From positions 123,380,001-123,444,000 of the forward strand of contig NC_042998.1 in assembly GCF_006345805.1 (NCBI RefSeq): 64,000 nucleotides of DNA, in the 5' to 3' direction. Within the stretch, counting starts at the first letter, position 1, and each line of letters starts with the position of its first letter. A program made the translations under genes and the position numbers. Positions 40,070-54,571 of this stretch are shown here, piece by piece. The DNA comes from Octopus sinensis (taxonomy: Eukaryota). The notes under the pieces were generated by a model. That model did not search any database. It was not told where the DNA came from and was given only the letters and a program-made list of their open reading frames with translations.

Positions 40070-40645
40070 AAGGCGGCGAGCTGTCAGAAACGTTAGCACG
40101 CCGGGAGAAATGCGTAGCCGTATTTCGTCTGCCGTTACGTTGTGAGTTCAAATTCCGCCGAGGTTAACTTTGCCTTTAATCCTTTCGGGGTCGATTAAAT
40201 AAGTACCAGTTACGCACTGGGGTCGATATAATCGGCTTAATCCGTTTGCCTGTCCTTGTTTGTCCCCTCTGTGTTTAGCCCCTTGTGGGTAGTAAAGAAA
40301 TAGGTATTTCGTCTGCCGCTACGTTCTGAGATCAAATTCCGCCGAGGTCGACTTTGCATTTCATCCTTTCGAGGTCGATTAAATAAGTACAAGTTACGCA
40401 CAGGGGTCGATATAATCAACTTAATCCGTTTGTCTGTCCTTGTTTGTCCTCTCTGTGTTTAGCCCTTTGTGGGTAGTAAAGAAATAGACATAGGTGTTTC
40501 GTGTGTCTTTATGCTCTGAATTCAAATTCCGCTGAGGTCATTTTGTCTGTCATCCTTTCGGGGTCGATAAATTAAGTAACACTTGCATACCAGGATCGAT
40601 CTAATCTACTGGCCCCCTCCCCCAAACTTTCGGGCCTTGTGCAAT
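40070..40645 (+). mobile_element. SINE with two head-truncated tandem reiterations
   Basis: Full head at 40070; the body from gtatttcgtc repeats at 40120 and 40304 (184 bp period); a third, diverged body starts at 40494. Confidence 0.88.
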
Positions 40646-40699
40646 GCGAGCAGTAACTAAAGGAACATTACTACAATCCACACAGAGAGATCAAATACA

Positions 40700-41154
40700 T
40701 ACATATATTTCATATATTCGAAACTGACACTTCCCTCATCACTATCCGTGAGTTATAAGAGGATGTACAGATTAGCTACGGTTACAGTTCACTAAATCAT
40801 CACTAAAGATTTGGGTAAGACACGCGTTTCTGTCAAATTTGCGCTGAAATTGCTTTCAGCTGACGAAAAAGACACTCGGATTTGAGTCGCACAAAATCTC
40901 TTTCGTTCTATCGAGAACGATGAAAACTTTTTGAAAACTTTGCGTCCGAGCAAAATTTGATGCAGACTCTCTGCTCAACTTTCTCTGTTATGGTCAATCG
41001 ACGAACACACGCTACATACCTTCCTTCCAAGCACTGCTGTAAACAGTGGAAGTGAGTTAGAACGTTAAAACAACAGGGTTGAAGGTCAATCTGTGCAGAG
41101 CCGCTTCACTCTGCGTGCTTTAGCAGCAGTCCGGATACCTATTGATCAGACCAC

Positions 41155-41155
<1 letters not shown>
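40700..41155 (+). mobile_element. mariner remnant, internally deleted, right TIR retained
   Basis: TIREL*EDVQISYG..IITKDLGKTRVSVKFALKLLSADEKDTR..ENDENFLKT; ends ccggatacctattgatcagaccacg|TA into (TA)n. Confidence 0.7.
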
Positions 41156-41209
<54 letters not shown>

Positions 41210-42199
41210 CACGAAAAATTAAGTTAAATAAGTGTTAACTGTTCGGTTTCGTGGACGAACGCCATTTGTTTCATATGATATGCAAGGTTAGGCAAATCAT
41301 GCAGTAAATACACACCACACTGCAGATTCATTTTAGGCGTTGACTTTGATTCAAGTTAGATGTCTAAAAAGTTAATGTTCCCTAATTTTATTGCATGTGT
41401 TGCATAGATTATTCAACTTCGTATGTAACATGAAGTAAGCGGTTTTAGTTCACGGAAACGGACATAACATTGATTTGGCATTTTTTTCTTCATTTAAAAT
41501 CATTATTATTCTTCCTGCGAGGATTATAACGTACCTACTGAATTAGTGAGGTCCGGCTTTTATAACTGACCGATGTATAACTAATCACCATTCGTTTATT
41601 CGAAGACTATGTTAGCCAAAATTCTGTATGAAGTGCTGCGGGATAATAATATAAGCTATTTGCAAACAATTGTAGCAGAAATAAAGATGGAGAGAAAAGT
41701 TAAGGTACAAATTGCTGAAGCATCGTTGATGTTTATAACGATGATAGCAAATATCTTCATAACAAGGTTGTGATTATTAAGTTGGCGAAGGGGAACATGA
41801 TCAAACATCTTCTATGAGATTGAATGAGTTTATGATGATGACAATCACGGTGTTGATAATGATGTTGAAATTGATCTATTAGCTCTTTTATATAAGGCAA
41901 AGTTGTCTTCACTGTTGTTGGTGATGATTAGCTGAAAGTTAGCTCTGTTTAAGTAGATCTATGACCAAGTCATTCCAACTAATTTTCACTCCTTATTTTA
42001 GGACTGTATTTTACAGGACTGACGTATTGAAATGTAATCATCTCTATATTCTACAGAACTACATTATCCGATGTATAAATTCTTAAAGATGCCAAGCTGT
42101 GTCTGCAGGACGTCATGCTGACACCTCATCCGAGTCGAGAGACCATGAGAAGACTGGTTCTTTGCCCCATGAGCTCATCAGGTTTTGGCGCTGATAATA

Positions 42200-42450
42200 C
42201 CGATCATCACCGTCATCATGTATCCTCACTACAACCAGGAAAAACCACCACCACGGCAACTATCATCACCATCACCGTCATCACTAAAACCACTACCTCC
42301 ACCACCATCACCATCGTCATCATCATCATCATCATTATCATCATCCTCATCACCATGGTCCTCGTAATCATCGCAATCACCACTACCACCACCACCAGCA
42401 CCACTACCACCACCATCACCATAACGTACACAATTTCAAATCTATGATGG
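42200..42450. repeat. (CAT)/(CAC)n degenerate microsatellite
   Basis: Direct runs; they explain the spurious ORFs at 42115-42447. Confidence 0.9.
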
Positions 42451-42659
42451 TGAGTAGCATTGTAATTCCACTGAGAAATTTACAACGGAAATAATTCAAT
42501 CTAAACATAGAAAGCAATGTAGCTGGGAAGCGCAACCAACGCTGATATAAATTTATTTCATTTATTATTCTAGTAGCTATTGTTGATATGTTTTGCTTAT
42601 TTATTTATGCATTTATGTTCACCGGCTTTGTGTTGTAAATCAAATTTCTCTTCATCTCT

Positions 42660-42674
42660 TTCTCTCTCTCTCTC

Positions 42675-42719
<45 letters not shown>

Positions 42720-42860
42720 TATATATATAAATATGTATATATATATATATTTAAATATATATGTATATATGTATATAATATATATATATATAAATATGTA
42801 TATATATATATATTTAAATATTTGTGTATATATGTATATATATATATATATATATAATAT

Positions 42861-42949
<89 letters not shown>

Positions 42950-42951
42950 AC

Positions 42952-43012
<61 letters not shown>

Positions 43013-43232
43013 CATACATACATACATATATTTCAAATTACACTTATGCTATCCATCTTCATTCTCGTATATCACTAATATAGAAGATGTCCCTTTGTCC
43101 ACTCTGATTACATTGTCGCTTGACTGGAGTCAATTTTCTCCATCACCATGTTTTTCGTAATCTGCAATAAATAAGATAACTCTCAATAATGATTCCCAGG
43201 GATGACGTATCAGAAGTTGCAAACCCACCGAC

Positions 43233-43328
<96 letters not shown>

Positions 43329-43329
43329 G

Positions 43330-43384
<55 letters not shown>

Positions 43385-43616
43385 TGTATGATATATATAT
43401 ATATAATATATATCTGTATGTATATACATATATATGCACAGTGAAATGGTTGCGTAAACACACATATGCATACACATACACACACACACGTCACATGCAT
43501 ACATGCACACCCGCGTGCATATGCATGCATCTACATAAAATACTGTATGTCAATATATCAATATACCAATATATATATATATATTATATATATATATGTA
43601 TATATATCTATATATA

Positions 43617-43652
<36 letters not shown>

Positions 43653-43680
43653 TGTATGTATGTATGTAGGTAGGTATGTA
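42660..43680. repeat. Large (TA)n/(TATG)n compound microsatellite region
   Basis: Multiple long TA runs with a short unique island at 43030-43235. Confidence 0.95.
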
Positions 43681-44029
43681 TATGTATGTATTCTATATTC
43701 ACATCCATACATGCGTGTATGTGTACATTATATACATATAATACACTCATGGATACATATATAATTATACGTGTACCCATATATACAACTATATGTTTCT
43801 GAACTTGTTTATGTGGCTGTACGCGTCTCTTCGTGTGTGAATGTGTGCATGCGTTCGTGTAAGCGTGTGTGGGCGTGCGTATCAGTGTGTGTGTGTTTAC
43901 GTTTCAAATATGCACATGAGAGTAAGTATAGAGTACAAGCTTCGAATACCCTGAAGAAAAGAAGAACATAGTACACTTGTGAGGCAACGATTCTATTTCA
44001 AATGTTCTTTGTCACATTGAAATTACTAG

Positions 44030-44390
44030 TTTTATCCTTAATGCAGCCTTACGAGTTTGAAATATTTTTTCCAGATTCCATTTTACTTTTCCTTTCAGTA
44101 GTCATGACGTTGTATATATTCTGTTCCAAATTATGAAGAATATGGACTGTAGATTTTGTGCGTGTGTGATGTGGTGGTTATTTCATTTGCTTTAATTTGA
44201 TGACAATGCTTGTGTATATGTGTGCGTGAGTGTATGTCGCCGGTCCGATGCAAAGCTTTTGTGAAATGTCTTCTTTTATGATTAATTTGTCATTTTGTGA
44301 GATAGTGTGTAAAGGTATATCGTCGTACAACAATTGAACTGGCGGGAAAATTTGTGGAAATGATTTTCACTGGAGCATAAATATACTTAT
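44030..44390 (-). mobile_element. Possible decayed LINE AP-endonuclease fragment
   Basis: ISQNDKLIIKED resembles IPxxDKLIIxGDFNA, with downstream order consistent with APE motifs. Very degraded. Confidence 0.35.
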
Positions 44391-44599
44391 TAAAGTAAAT
44401 CATGCTAGCAGAGGTCAGATGTCCTGCTATAGGCTGAAGAATCGTCATTGTCAGTCAAAGGGTAGTGGACTTCAGGCTTTTGAATAAATTAGATTATAGA
44501 AGCATTGTGGACAGTGGTGATAGAATGAATAGACAAATACAGTATGAAACACATACACATATTCACATACGCGCGCACACACATCTACATAACTTGGAT

Positions 44600-44790
44600 T
44601 TTAGGCCATTATAGACCCATGTCACGCCTAACTTAGTAATGCACCAAAGGTAGTCTTTTCATTTATGTTTTTGAACAACATGATGCTCTCCTATAAGGAG
44701 TTGTTTGCCAATGTGTATGTGAGTGGCGATGGTTTGCCCAGTATTTCTTCGGGGAAATTCGTCGACGCACCGTTTGAATGTTATGCAGTC
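44600..44790 (-). mobile_element. Possible CR1-group LINE extreme 3' end
   Basis: TFKRCVDEF..KPSP..NNSL resembles FKxxLDxFLxxIPDxP..NSL. Confidence 0.35.
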
Positions 44791-44912
44791 TTGTATCTAT
44801 CTATCTATATATCTATCTGTCCATCTATCTATTTATTTATCTGTCTCTCTATTTATCTATTTATCTGTCTGTCTATTTATCTATCTATATACAGAATACA
44901 TACATGCACATA

Positions 44913-44977
<65 letters not shown>

Positions 44978-45122
44978 TATACGTATTTATAGTTATGGTA
45001 TATTGCGTTACGAACGCTTATCCGCACGCATACAATGCATGCGCAACAGTATGACACAAGTGCTTTTCAATTTGTACATGCATATATGTGCACTTATGCA
45101 TTTATACGATATATACATATTC

Positions 45123-45285
45123 TTTTCTACTCTAGGCATAAGGCCCGAAATTTTGGGAGAAGGACCAGTCGAATAGATCGACTTCGTGTACGAAACTGGT
45201 ACTTATTTTATCGACCCCGAAAGGATGAAATACAAAGTCGACCTAGGTGGAGTTTGAACTCAGAACATAAAGACAGACGAAACGA
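45123..45285 (-). mobile_element. tRNA-derived SINE, head-truncated
   Basis: ggtacttattttatcgaccccgaaaggatgaaa..gtcgacc..tttgaactcagaac. Confidence 0.85.
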
Positions 45286-45779
45286 TATACATACATATTA
45301 TGATGCCGGTATTGAGCGTATGTGAATATTGACATGCATATATGTATATGGAATTATAGATGTATGTATGTGAATGTGAGTGTGTGAGTATGCGAGTGTG
45401 TGTACGCGTTATATGTGTATGTGTGAAAAATATAAATATACAAGCACACAGATGCATGGCTAGATATAGATATATAATACAGAAAAATAGAGGTGCAGAT
45501 AAACATGTCTATGCATAGCAACTCCAAGCTGTAGGCATAAAGAAATTCGCACAACCTCATATAGAAATTCTTAAATAAATGTACATATATTTAGAGAGGA
45601 AATCAACATACATTAGCATATACATGAATGCTTAAAAGCCTGCAGATAATACGGTTGCGTGTACATACTGGCTGGTGGTAAGCATACTGGTTTGCAGACT
45701 TAGAGCATCCATCTGTATGCATATGTACGCAGATTTACACTGTAGGTGTATATTCTCTTTATTCTTTTACTAGTTTCAA

Positions 45780-46010
45780 TTCGTGCGCTGTAGCCATGCT
45801 ACATTTCTTCTAACTGCACACGCGCTCTCACAGACGTTTTGTGAGGATATTGAAGAGGTGTAGGTACTTGAAGTCCAAGCTGTTGCAGCATCTTTTCTTG
45901 TATCCTGGTGGCAATGTTGGGACTTTTGGCACATTGCAGTGGCGCCCCGTTCTGTTGTTGTAACGTTCAATGACAACGTTTGGCACAAATAGTTATAGGT
46001 CATGGAAATT
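45780..46010 (-). mobile_element. CR1-group LINE C-terminal fragment
   Basis: YNNRTGRHCNVPKV..CCNSLDFKYLHLFNILTKRL resembles RxGRxCxVP..NSxxxxGPRLFNxLP. Confidence 0.55.
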
Positions 46011-47807
46011 GCGAAGTGATTAATACGGTATTCATCGTCTCCATTTTAAGAGGGTAGAATATACTATAATAGATTAATATAATTGTCGACCATTACGATC
46101 GGTATTTATTCAGGACAACAGAACATAGATGAATCTTTCATCTCGAGATATATTATACAAAAATCAATTATTCTAGATTTTAATCATTTTGAAATATCTA
46201 AAATCTGCTATATTCTCAGTTCCAGTGACACCCAGATTAAGGCACTTAGAACGAGCCAAATGTATATTTTCTCAACAGTTAATAATAAATTAAAATATCT
46301 AACTGGGAAATACGCAAATAAGCAGTACATTAGAAGATTAGCAGAGATCAACACTGAAATAATCATATACATATGAAAATATATATATAAATGTGAGTGT
46401 GTGTGTGTCTGTTGTAGGCATGTATAAAATTCTTTCGTCTGGTGCCAATTATTGATCTGTTTACTGCACAAACTATAACTATTTAATAGCCTCACACATT
46501 CTTCTATATTTGGAACTAATTATAAACTAAAAACGACGTAAATATATAAGTACCTGAATTGTGTCGAGCAGAAAATAGGTGAACTATTTAATCATAATTT
46601 CCAGTTATTAGAGAAACATATTTATATTGCCAGAAACATATTCAGAAGTATATAACAATGTAGAGGAAGAAATGTATCTTGTAGATCAGTGGCCCGCTTA
46701 AACCAGAAAACATGTCTTTTCAAGACATCAACATTGAGAATGACAAACATTTTAATCAATATTATGCCAATATTCTTAAATTTCGTTCGTCAAGTTTACC
46801 AATTTTCAACCAAATACTTTGTTTCTATACAAATATAATTTAATCATAAATCTAAACGTCGTGTAGATATGCTCACAATAATTGATATTATTAGCCTTAT
46901 GAGGATAATGAACATTTTTATTCTTAAATGAAAGAATATAAATAATAAATAATTACTAATTTCAAGTAGAAAGATGAAGAGAAAATAATAAGGGAAAGAT
47001 ACTCCATTATAAACTCATTAATTGTCTATTAGTTAAACAAATAATTAAGGGTATAAAGTAATGATATTCATTTGAAGTAAATTAGTAATATTTTAAGTTG
47101 TGGATATGCATACAATCTTTAATAGCAAAAAAAGAGAAAACGACTTACTGAAATATCTGTACATTATAGTTGGGCATATTCGATAAACGCCATGTAAAAC
47201 AAAAGTATTATAAACATTTTTCAAAAGGAAATTGCTCTACTCATTGTTTGTGATTATAGGCTTTGTGATTATGGGTAATTAGTGAACTTCTGCAAAATTT
47301 GAAACGTGATGAACTAGAATAAGATCCTATAAATTCAGAACCAAAAGTGATAGCATTAAACAAATATATATATATATAAGGAATGGATTGACTGACAACT
47401 GTAATTTTCTGTGCTCCAGACAAAACCTGCCGCCATGCACGGAGCTTTGATTTTAATTTTTCATGTGCCTTTGTTTATAGACAAAAAAATATCTACCACA
47501 CAATCATATAGAATTTTATAGTATTATATTTGTGTTTGTGTTGTGTGTATTATCCCATTATTTCATTGCTACAATGTAACTTCCCTCTGAAAAATCACTA
47601 AATGCTGTACGTAAATTTACTGAGTTTGGAAAAGATGGTGCTTACATATATACACAAAAACACAAACACACACACAAAAACACACACACAAATGTATGTA
47701 AATGTGTATGTACGAGTGTGTCTGTGCGTGAATATGTGTATATGTATATATATATAATGTATGTAGAGTATATATTATAACAATAATACGCATGTGGCCG
47801 ATAGTGC

Positions 47808-47857
<50 letters not shown>

Positions 47858-48574
47858 AAATAATAATATATTTAATAATACTTACTTTCGAATACCTTAT
47901 ATAATTATATTCCTAACCCCACAAAAGAAGTGTTTTACTCTTAAAAATATTTTCTAAAAGTTCTTAAATTACAATCTCTTTTAAAAGCTCTTAAATTAAA
48001 GTATACCATCAACATTTTAAAGATAAATACATAAATTTCCTATGTTGTAAACCAAAGTTTGAATTAAAAGGTTGAAGAACAAAATTTGTTCCTATATATC
48101 TGTGAAGAATTAATATTACACGTTTCGATAAAAGATTCTAATTATATTTTGTTGTTAAACGTCCCCTTACACTTTGCAGCTAATATTTCAAAGAACGAAA
48201 TATATAGAAATAATGCCAATCCATAGAACACGTGAATATAATGATAACCTAAAATCTTTAAAAGAGTAAAAAAAATTGGACTACAAAGATAAAAACTAAA
48301 ATAAAAAAAAACTCTTTATTTATTTAATACGCATGTACTTGTGTCATGTATCAACAGACTTAATATCCAAAGTAATTGTAAGTAATCAGTTCTGTCATTC
48401 GAATGGTGGCTGGCATCAATGTCTTTGTCACCGAGTTCGTTTCTAGCTGGTTGCTGCTATGGTCAAATATATAATACGTTGACTTCTATAAGTAAATGAA
48501 ATGTGTGATTCTATCAAAGCAACGCCAGTGTTATTACCGACTGATATCCTGATGTTAATATTTTTCACTGATCG

Positions 48575-48940
48575 AAATGTTTGGCCGCGTTTCACCTAAG
48601 TTCTAAGTTCAAATTCCGCCAGGTTGACTTTGCTTTCCATCCTTTTCAGTGTCGATAAAATAAGTACCAGTTGAAAACTGAGATCGATGTGATCGACTTA
48701 TCTCCTCCTTCAAACGCGCTGGCCTTGTACCAATATTTGAGACCAATATTTGTCACCAATAAGGAAGCGAGCTTGAAGAAAAGTTAACACGCCAAGCAAA
48801 ATGCTAAGCGGCCATTTCGTCCAGCTTTACGCTCTGAGTACAAGATCCTTTCGACCCTTTCAGAGAGCTGTGAGGTCGATGTAATCCACTAAACCTTCCT
48901 CCGAACTTATTGGTTTTGGGACTAAATTTAAACCAATAAT
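48575..48940 (+). mobile_element. Two tandem SINE copies
   Basis: aagttcaaattccgcc..gtcgataaaataagtaccag (48575-48750), then a second head aaggaagcgagc..aaatgctaagcggccatttcgtcc (48762-48940). Confidence 0.75.
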
Positions 48941-49850
48941 TTTCATTGATGCGGTCTTTTGCCAATATTTGAATCCAACATTTTGCACCGATACCGAAAT
49001 GTAGAAAATTTACAGATTTCAGATGATGTGGCTTTAGTGCGAGTAATGATGATACTTTCTTATACATACAAAACATTCATGTCGTCAGAAAACAGATTTG
49101 ACTCTCTTGTTACAAACAACAATCAAATCCCTCCCGAATATCACCCAACGGCCTTTAAAAAAATTAATTGAATAGTTTAAGCTTGGAGTACAATATTTCA
49201 GGGGAAAATGTTGGACAACTGTTTTTAGCGATATGTTTAATGGATTAGAATGAACTGGAGTATATAATAAAGATAGGTAAAAAGCATACAATGGCTGTTG
49301 TAGAAACTATGACGTGCGAAGCGAGCTTCATTACTGCAATACGGAATTAATTGTTGCGTAACTATTCTGACTACTGGGAACTTTGCAGAATATTCTCCAT
49401 TTCTCAGCGCAAATATACCTGATAGTTATATTTTCATACTAAGCTATAAATTGTTTTTACTTTGTTCTACCTTACACGAAGATAAAGATCGGAAGAAAAG
49501 TCAAGTGAGCAGTAATATGTTGAGAGAGCTGTTATTTTATCGAAAGCTGCATTATATCTCCTTTTCTTCCCATACTTTAATACGTTCCGACCTAACATAA
49601 CATGCATAATAACAAGACGGAAATATTAAGGGAGAGACTATTGTGATATAACTGAATCATATTAGTCGAACCTTCTTAAGACATAATTTAAGAAACATTA
49701 CCCTTTACCTTTAAAGACTTTGAGAAAAAGCTTTATCAAACTATAAATAATAGTGTTTACGGAAATACCTATAAGCATTATGACTTGCAAATAAATTGAA
49801 GGATTAGTCTATGACTAAACCGTCTTAATAACAATCTGTAATGTTAGAAC

Positions 49851-49895
<45 letters not shown>

Positions 49896-50026
49896 AATAT
49901 AAATATATATATATGTATATACATATGTATGTGTGTATGTATATATATATATATATATACACACATGTATGTGTGTATGTATGTATATATATATAATATA
50001 TATATGTATATACATATGTATGTGTG

Positions 50027-50075
<49 letters not shown>

Positions 50076-50772
50076 GGAGGCAAAGTATTTAGATATTGAA
50101 CTGACCAGCGTTTATTACTGGTAATTATAATTATTCTCATCGTCTCAAGTAAGGTGAACAATTAAATTGTATCAGGTTTCGGTTTACAATGTAGATGAAC
50201 GAAATTAAAGTCTGTTAAGTTATTTAATCTACTCACACACTATCTATCTAAATTAGTTACTACAATTAGAAATCAATAATCATTAGCAAGGTATGTGAAA
50301 CAACGTATCGTGAAAACTTTTGGCAGTGTTCCATGCTGCAAAAGTAATATGTCTAATGTTCTATCATTTGGAAGTAAGTATCCAACGTTAATTCCTCTGT
50401 AGTAAATAAAAGACTAGGCAGAAATAGCAGCCAGATCTTGTTTACAGTGCGGTCTTCTGTCTTACACACGGAATAATGCATTGCATCGGATAGTATGATT
50501 TTGTATGCACAACGTCGGGAAGAATTATAGGATAGCCACTGCTAGAAACACTTTGATATGAGGTTTAGCAAATCAATGAAGTTTTTCAGCTCTGGCACGG
50601 CCTTCATCCAAAGGATAACACGTTAAATAGATACATTCACCTCTTATACATACTAACATTTTATGGTTTGGATAGTCCTCATAAAATAATTTCTTCGCTC
50701 TTGTCTACCAGAGGAGAGTTTTATTGATAGTTACATGATACATATATGTACACACACACACGCACACTCACA

Positions 50773-50817
<45 letters not shown>

Positions 50818-50908
50818 CCATACACACAAATGTATAATATATATACATATATTATTTTATACACAGACACACGCACACACAAACACACACACACACATAC
50901 ACACACAT

Positions 50909-50947
<39 letters not shown>

Positions 50948-50951
<4 letters not shown>

Positions 50952-52192
50952 CACGCATGAGGTAAATAGACACCTTTGATTTTCAAAACCTTTTATTTAA
51001 TATGCAAAACGAACAATTGAAATGTAATAGATAGGTAGGACTACATACTTTAGTATTTACTTGATATTTCCATTGCAGTTTTTAATTCAGAGCCTTTTTG
51101 ATGAGCTTTGTGATTGTCTCTTGTGGAATTACTACCCACCTTTTATACAACAATCGAAACAATTCATTTTTAGATTTAGGTTTCCGTCGAGATTTTTGTA
51201 TAGCTCTATCTAGTATGCTCTACAGATTTTCAATTGGGTTCATGTCAGGAGATTGGCTCGGCCAAGGAAGCATTTTGATCCCATTTTCAGTCAGCCATTG
51301 TTGATTCCTTTTCGCTGTGTGGCATGGAGCCCCATCTTCCATGAATAAAAATTCATTTTTCGTTATGTTATCGTGTGAATACATCGGAAGTAGTCCTTGC
51401 TTAAGTATTTCGATATATTCTCAGAGTTTATGGGTCCAACACATTCGATCAGCTCAGAACGACTATTGCTGGTGACAGCTCCCTATACAATTACAGAGAT
51501 ACCGCCATGTTTCACAGTTGGTTGGAGCCGTTTCAAGTCAAATTCTTGATTGGGAAACCTCCAGACCCAAACATATCAACTGTCTGAAAATAATGTAAAT
51601 CTGGAGTTAACTGATAAAATCACTCTATCCCAAAATGAATTGGATTTTTCTGACATCTCCTTAGCCCATCTCTTTCTTTTCATAATATAATTGTTTGAAG
51701 AAGTTTTCTTCAATTTACTCATCCCAAGGTTATGCAGATATGTAACACATGTTCTTGGAGTGACTTCTAGCCCTTTTGCAATGTCAGAAACCTTCGAATG
51801 GGGTTCGTTTTCCACAATTCTCTTCAAACGGCGAAGTTTCCTTTCGGAGGGCCCAGGTCGGCTGGGATGAGAATCTGTTAATTCTTTTCCTTGGCTTTTG
51901 AATTGCACAATAATTCTATTAATAGTTTCAAAAGGAACTTGAAGATTTTCGGCAATTTTTCGCTGGATAAGACAGCCTCAGTTTGCTCAACAATACGACG
52001 TCTTTGAAAATCTGACAGTTTTGCTGATTTTTTGTGCCTGGCATGGTTACTCTTCACAATTTTTTAATATAATTGCACCTGGAATGAAAAAGAATAATTA
52101 CATTGTAAATTCTACACCGCTGAAAACATATTAAAATGCTTAAATCAGAAAGTTTAAAAATTAAAGGTGTCTATTTACTTTCTGCATGTCTG
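50948..52192 (-). mobile_element. Tc1-family transposon, full span with TIRs, transposase decayed
   Basis: Approx. 40 bp TIRs (cagacacgcatgaggtaaatagacacctttg / aaaggtgtctatttactttctgcatgtctg) with TA on both sides; minus-strand [21 protein letters not shown] and WPSQSPDMNPIEN. Confidence 0.92.
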
Positions 52193-52199
52193 TATATTC

Positions 52200-52580
52200 C
52201 TCTTTTACTCTTTCTCTTTTGTTTGTTTCACTCATTCGACTGCGCCCATGCTGGAGCACCGACTTTAGTCGAGCAAATCGACCCCGGCACTTATTCTTTG
52301 TAAGTCTAGTACTTATTCTTTCGGTCTCTTTTGCCGTACCGCTAAGTTACGGGAACGTAAACACACCAGAATCAGTTGTCAAGCGATGTTGGGGGACAAT
52401 TACAGACGCACATACATATACACACACATACATATACACGACGGGTGTCTTTCAATTTCCGTCTACCAAATCCACTCACAAGGTTTTGGTCAGCCTGGGG
52501 CTATAGTAGAAGACACTTGCCCAAGGTGTCACGCAGTGGGATTGAACCCGGAACCATGTGGTTGGTAAGCAAGCTACTTA
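52200..52580 (-). mobile_element. tRNA-derived CORE-like SINE (longer family)
   Basis: Minus head ggtaagtagcttgcttaccaaccacatggttccgggttcaatccc, a caccttgggcaagtg core-like segment, an internal (TG)n tract and an A/G-rich tail. Confidence 0.8.
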
Positions 52581-52619
<39 letters not shown>

Positions 52620-52622
<3 letters not shown>

Positions 52623-54297
52623 CACTGACTCTACTCTCGAATCACGATATGAGACAGCTCATCATGCATGGACCAAAGGAAACCATGGATATGCAGCCGA
52701 CAAGAAACTCCCAACATCCTTCCAGTGTGAAATTCTATAAGGTAAACTGGAAACAAATTGCGAATGACATCCTCAAACAAAACCGGCCTAAATATCTCTC
52801 CTCACCAAACATCGACATGAAACTTTAACAATTCATGTCTGTAATGCAAGCCACATGCTACAAATATGTCCCTCAGAGAAAGGTCACTGTACATGAGAAC
52901 AAAATCCCCAGGTAGAGGAACGTTCATATGAGACGGCATACAATAATCTCAAATTGTCTAAAGAAGAAATTGAGGGATCTCGTCTGAATATACAACTGCT
53001 GGAATCTGAAAAAAACCTGCAACTCTCCCATGAAAACTAAAGAGCAGACAAAGACGCCTGGGCTATAGACAATATAAAATCCAACCCCTGAGCCTTCTAC
53101 AATTTTGCCAAATAAACACCCTCGGTGCATCGCAGGATCGGGCCACGCCTCGAAAAAGATGGTTCGCTCACAAACAACTGAGTGAGGATAAGTCAAAAAC
53201 AAAATGAGCAATTTAAATTTGTTTTCACACCCCCCCCGAAGAACACTTTCAAGTCAGCAATTAAGCAGACATTTTCGCCACTGCAAGTATAAAAACAGAG
53301 GCAGTGATGATTGATTACATCACTATAAAAGAAGACGCTCTAATAAGGGCTATAGATGATATGAACCCGAACTCAGCTACTGGCCCTGATGGATTCCCAG
53401 CAATCTTTCTAAAATCATGTAAGTGAGTCCAAGCAAGACCACTGCAGTCTCCCTTCCAGAGCATCCTTGCAAATGGCACACTTCTAAGGAAGCTAAAAGA
53501 AGGGAAAAGTTGCCCCATCTATAAATGGGGTAGCAGAGCAGAGGCCAAAAATTACAGTCCTATCTCTTTGACCCCGTACATCAGCGAGTCATGGAACGAA
53601 AAGTCATGGACCGAATATTCAGAAGAAATTTAATCACCTTCCTGGAGGAAAATGATTTGCTGATTGACACCCAACATGATTTCCGACCAGGAAGAAGCTG
53701 CCTGACTCAGCTCTTACAATACTATAACTGTGTGTTGAAACAGCTATCCTAGCACTCAAATGTGGACGGGATATATCTCGACTCAGCAAAGTCGATCATG
53801 GAAAGATATGTCACAAACTGCGTGATATCGGTACAATCAGGACATTGGGAGAATAAGCAGTTGCATCCAATGAGGCCGTCTCCAATGACGTGCAAACAGT
53901 GGGTGGTGTTCCGCAAGGCACTTTTTTTCGACCACTACTCTTCCTAATGACCCTCTTAGATATACCCTCAGCTACACAGAGAGCCACGATCACAAGTTAT
54001 GTAGATGATAGAAAAGTCTCACAGGTGATACAGAGCGCTGAAGATGCTATACACTTGTAACGTGAGTTATGCGAAATATACAAGTGGGTTAAGAAGAATT
54101 ACATGCAATTTAATGCTGAAAAGTTTGAAACCCTATCCTATCACTTTTCAAAACTAGATACAATATCAATGAAATACACTGGACCTGGAGGGACTGCAAT
54201 GCCAGAGACACAGTCAATGCAACACCTAGGCATTTACTTGAGTAATGAAGTATCCTTCCATGTGCATGTTGCTAAGTTGGCAATGAAATACCACTAA
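52620..54297 (+). mobile_element. CR1-group (APE-type) LINE RT fragment, decayed, with internal deletion
   Basis: IKSNP*AFY, ATGPDGFPAIFLKSC, AKNYSPISLT, QHDFRPGRSCLTQLL, VDGIYLD, GVPQG, SYVDDRK and MQFNAEKF..HLGI. Confidence 0.85.
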
Positions 54298-54328
54298 GAC
54301 ACGTGCCCAAGCACTAAGCCACACGCCT

Positions 54329-54368
<40 letters not shown>

Positions 54369-54571
54369 AATTAAAATTAATGTGGTTTTAGAGTCAGGTT
54401 TTGGCTGCTATTTCCAGCGTGATGCTATCTCTTAGATACCCTAAATTGTATTTTTAATAGTGATTATTACATTTGAAGAGTTTTATTCCCATGCTGGCCA
54501 CTTGATAAGTTCTATATTTAAATAATGATCTTATCCTTATTTATATAAATTTTATATATATATATATATAT

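Noticed and set aside
41224-41461. Weak inverted repeat suggesting a MITE
   Set aside because: The match is only about 11 bp and imperfect, with no identifiable target-site duplication.
42145-42185. Minus-strand CTGATGA-GCTC-ATG-GGGC as a hammerhead
   Set aside because: Stem II is followed by AAAG rather than GAAA, and no stem I or III can be built.
42580-43780. Long ORFs of 100-190 aa (YIYI..., also at 20347-20952 and similar)
   Set aside because: These are translations of (TA)n/(CA)n microsatellites, not genes.
50580-50612. Minus-strand ggatgaaggc..gctgaaa as a decayed hammerhead
   Set aside because: The core lacks CU, stem II is weak and there is no cleavage-site stem.
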